Source: a virus
Lineage: Duplodnaviria; Caudoviricetes
Strand: one strand, 5' to 3'
IMG/VR virus record: IMGVR_UViG_3300023283_000169
Location: 1-45,244 of that record
DNA: 45,244 nucleotides
In this document: one piece after another, positions 45,133 to 45,244 of the stretch
How the letters are laid out: each line of letters starts with the position of its first letter
How positions within the stretch are numbered: the first letter of the stretch is position 1
Position numbers and translations under genes: made by a program
Notes under the pieces: model-generated
What the model saw: the letters and a program-made list of their open reading frames with translations, nothing else
Told to the model about the DNA's origin: nothing
The model's database searches: none

Positions 45133-45244
45133 GGATCCTGGAGTTCCTGGCGCCCTACCTGCTCGTCGCGTCGATCGGGGCCGTGGTGTCGGGGCAGATT
45201 GTTCACGATTGTGCCCAGGAGGACCACGCCGACGAGATGGTCAA
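45118..45244. repeat. Terminal direct repeat, right copy
   Basis: Identical to 1-127. Confidence 0.95.

Noticed and set aside
1-45244. Genome-wide stop-codon reassignment
   Set aside because: TAG, TAA and TGA all end many genes cleanly (e.g. 5480, 17781, 30991, 32500, 28193); only four internal stops were seen, of all three types.
45118-45244. Biological terminal repeat of the virion DNA
   Set aside because: The 127-nt length matches an assembler k-mer overlap and it falls across a gene junction; it says nothing about packaging ends.

Overview
The window is an apparently complete, circular (127-nt end overlap, ~45.1 kb unique), high-GC tailed phage genome of siphovirus-like layout, and every gene I can support is on the + strand. 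Order: glycan-binding-like virion/accessory genes (0.7-4.7 kb); many small early genes under repeated sigma70-type promoters carrying a 7-3-7 palindromic operator (5-12 kb); recombination/DNA-metabolism genes (12-16 kb); a TIGR-Tas-like RNA-guided locus (16.6-18.9 kb); RusA; a DUF488 / tRNA-like / MTase-GNAT / ParB cluster; terminase, portal, a sulfotransferase-like gene, head, tail, tape measure; and a membrane-rich lysis cassette with an SLT endolysin. The headline finding is a Nop/IS110-like protein with no visible nuclease domain and a Zn-ribbon insertion, followed by a 30-unit array of 36-nt dual-spacer repeats and preceded by a mini-array that contains an operator-bearing promoter. Also notable are a candidate ~90-nt sRNA with two seeds antisense to two classes of phage ribosome-binding sites (one of them the tas RBS), four non-structural genes broken by single in-frame stops, and a distorted tRNA-Gln(CTG). 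I recognised no integrase, polymerase, primase or helicase. All family assignments come from motif recognition by eye, not database searches.
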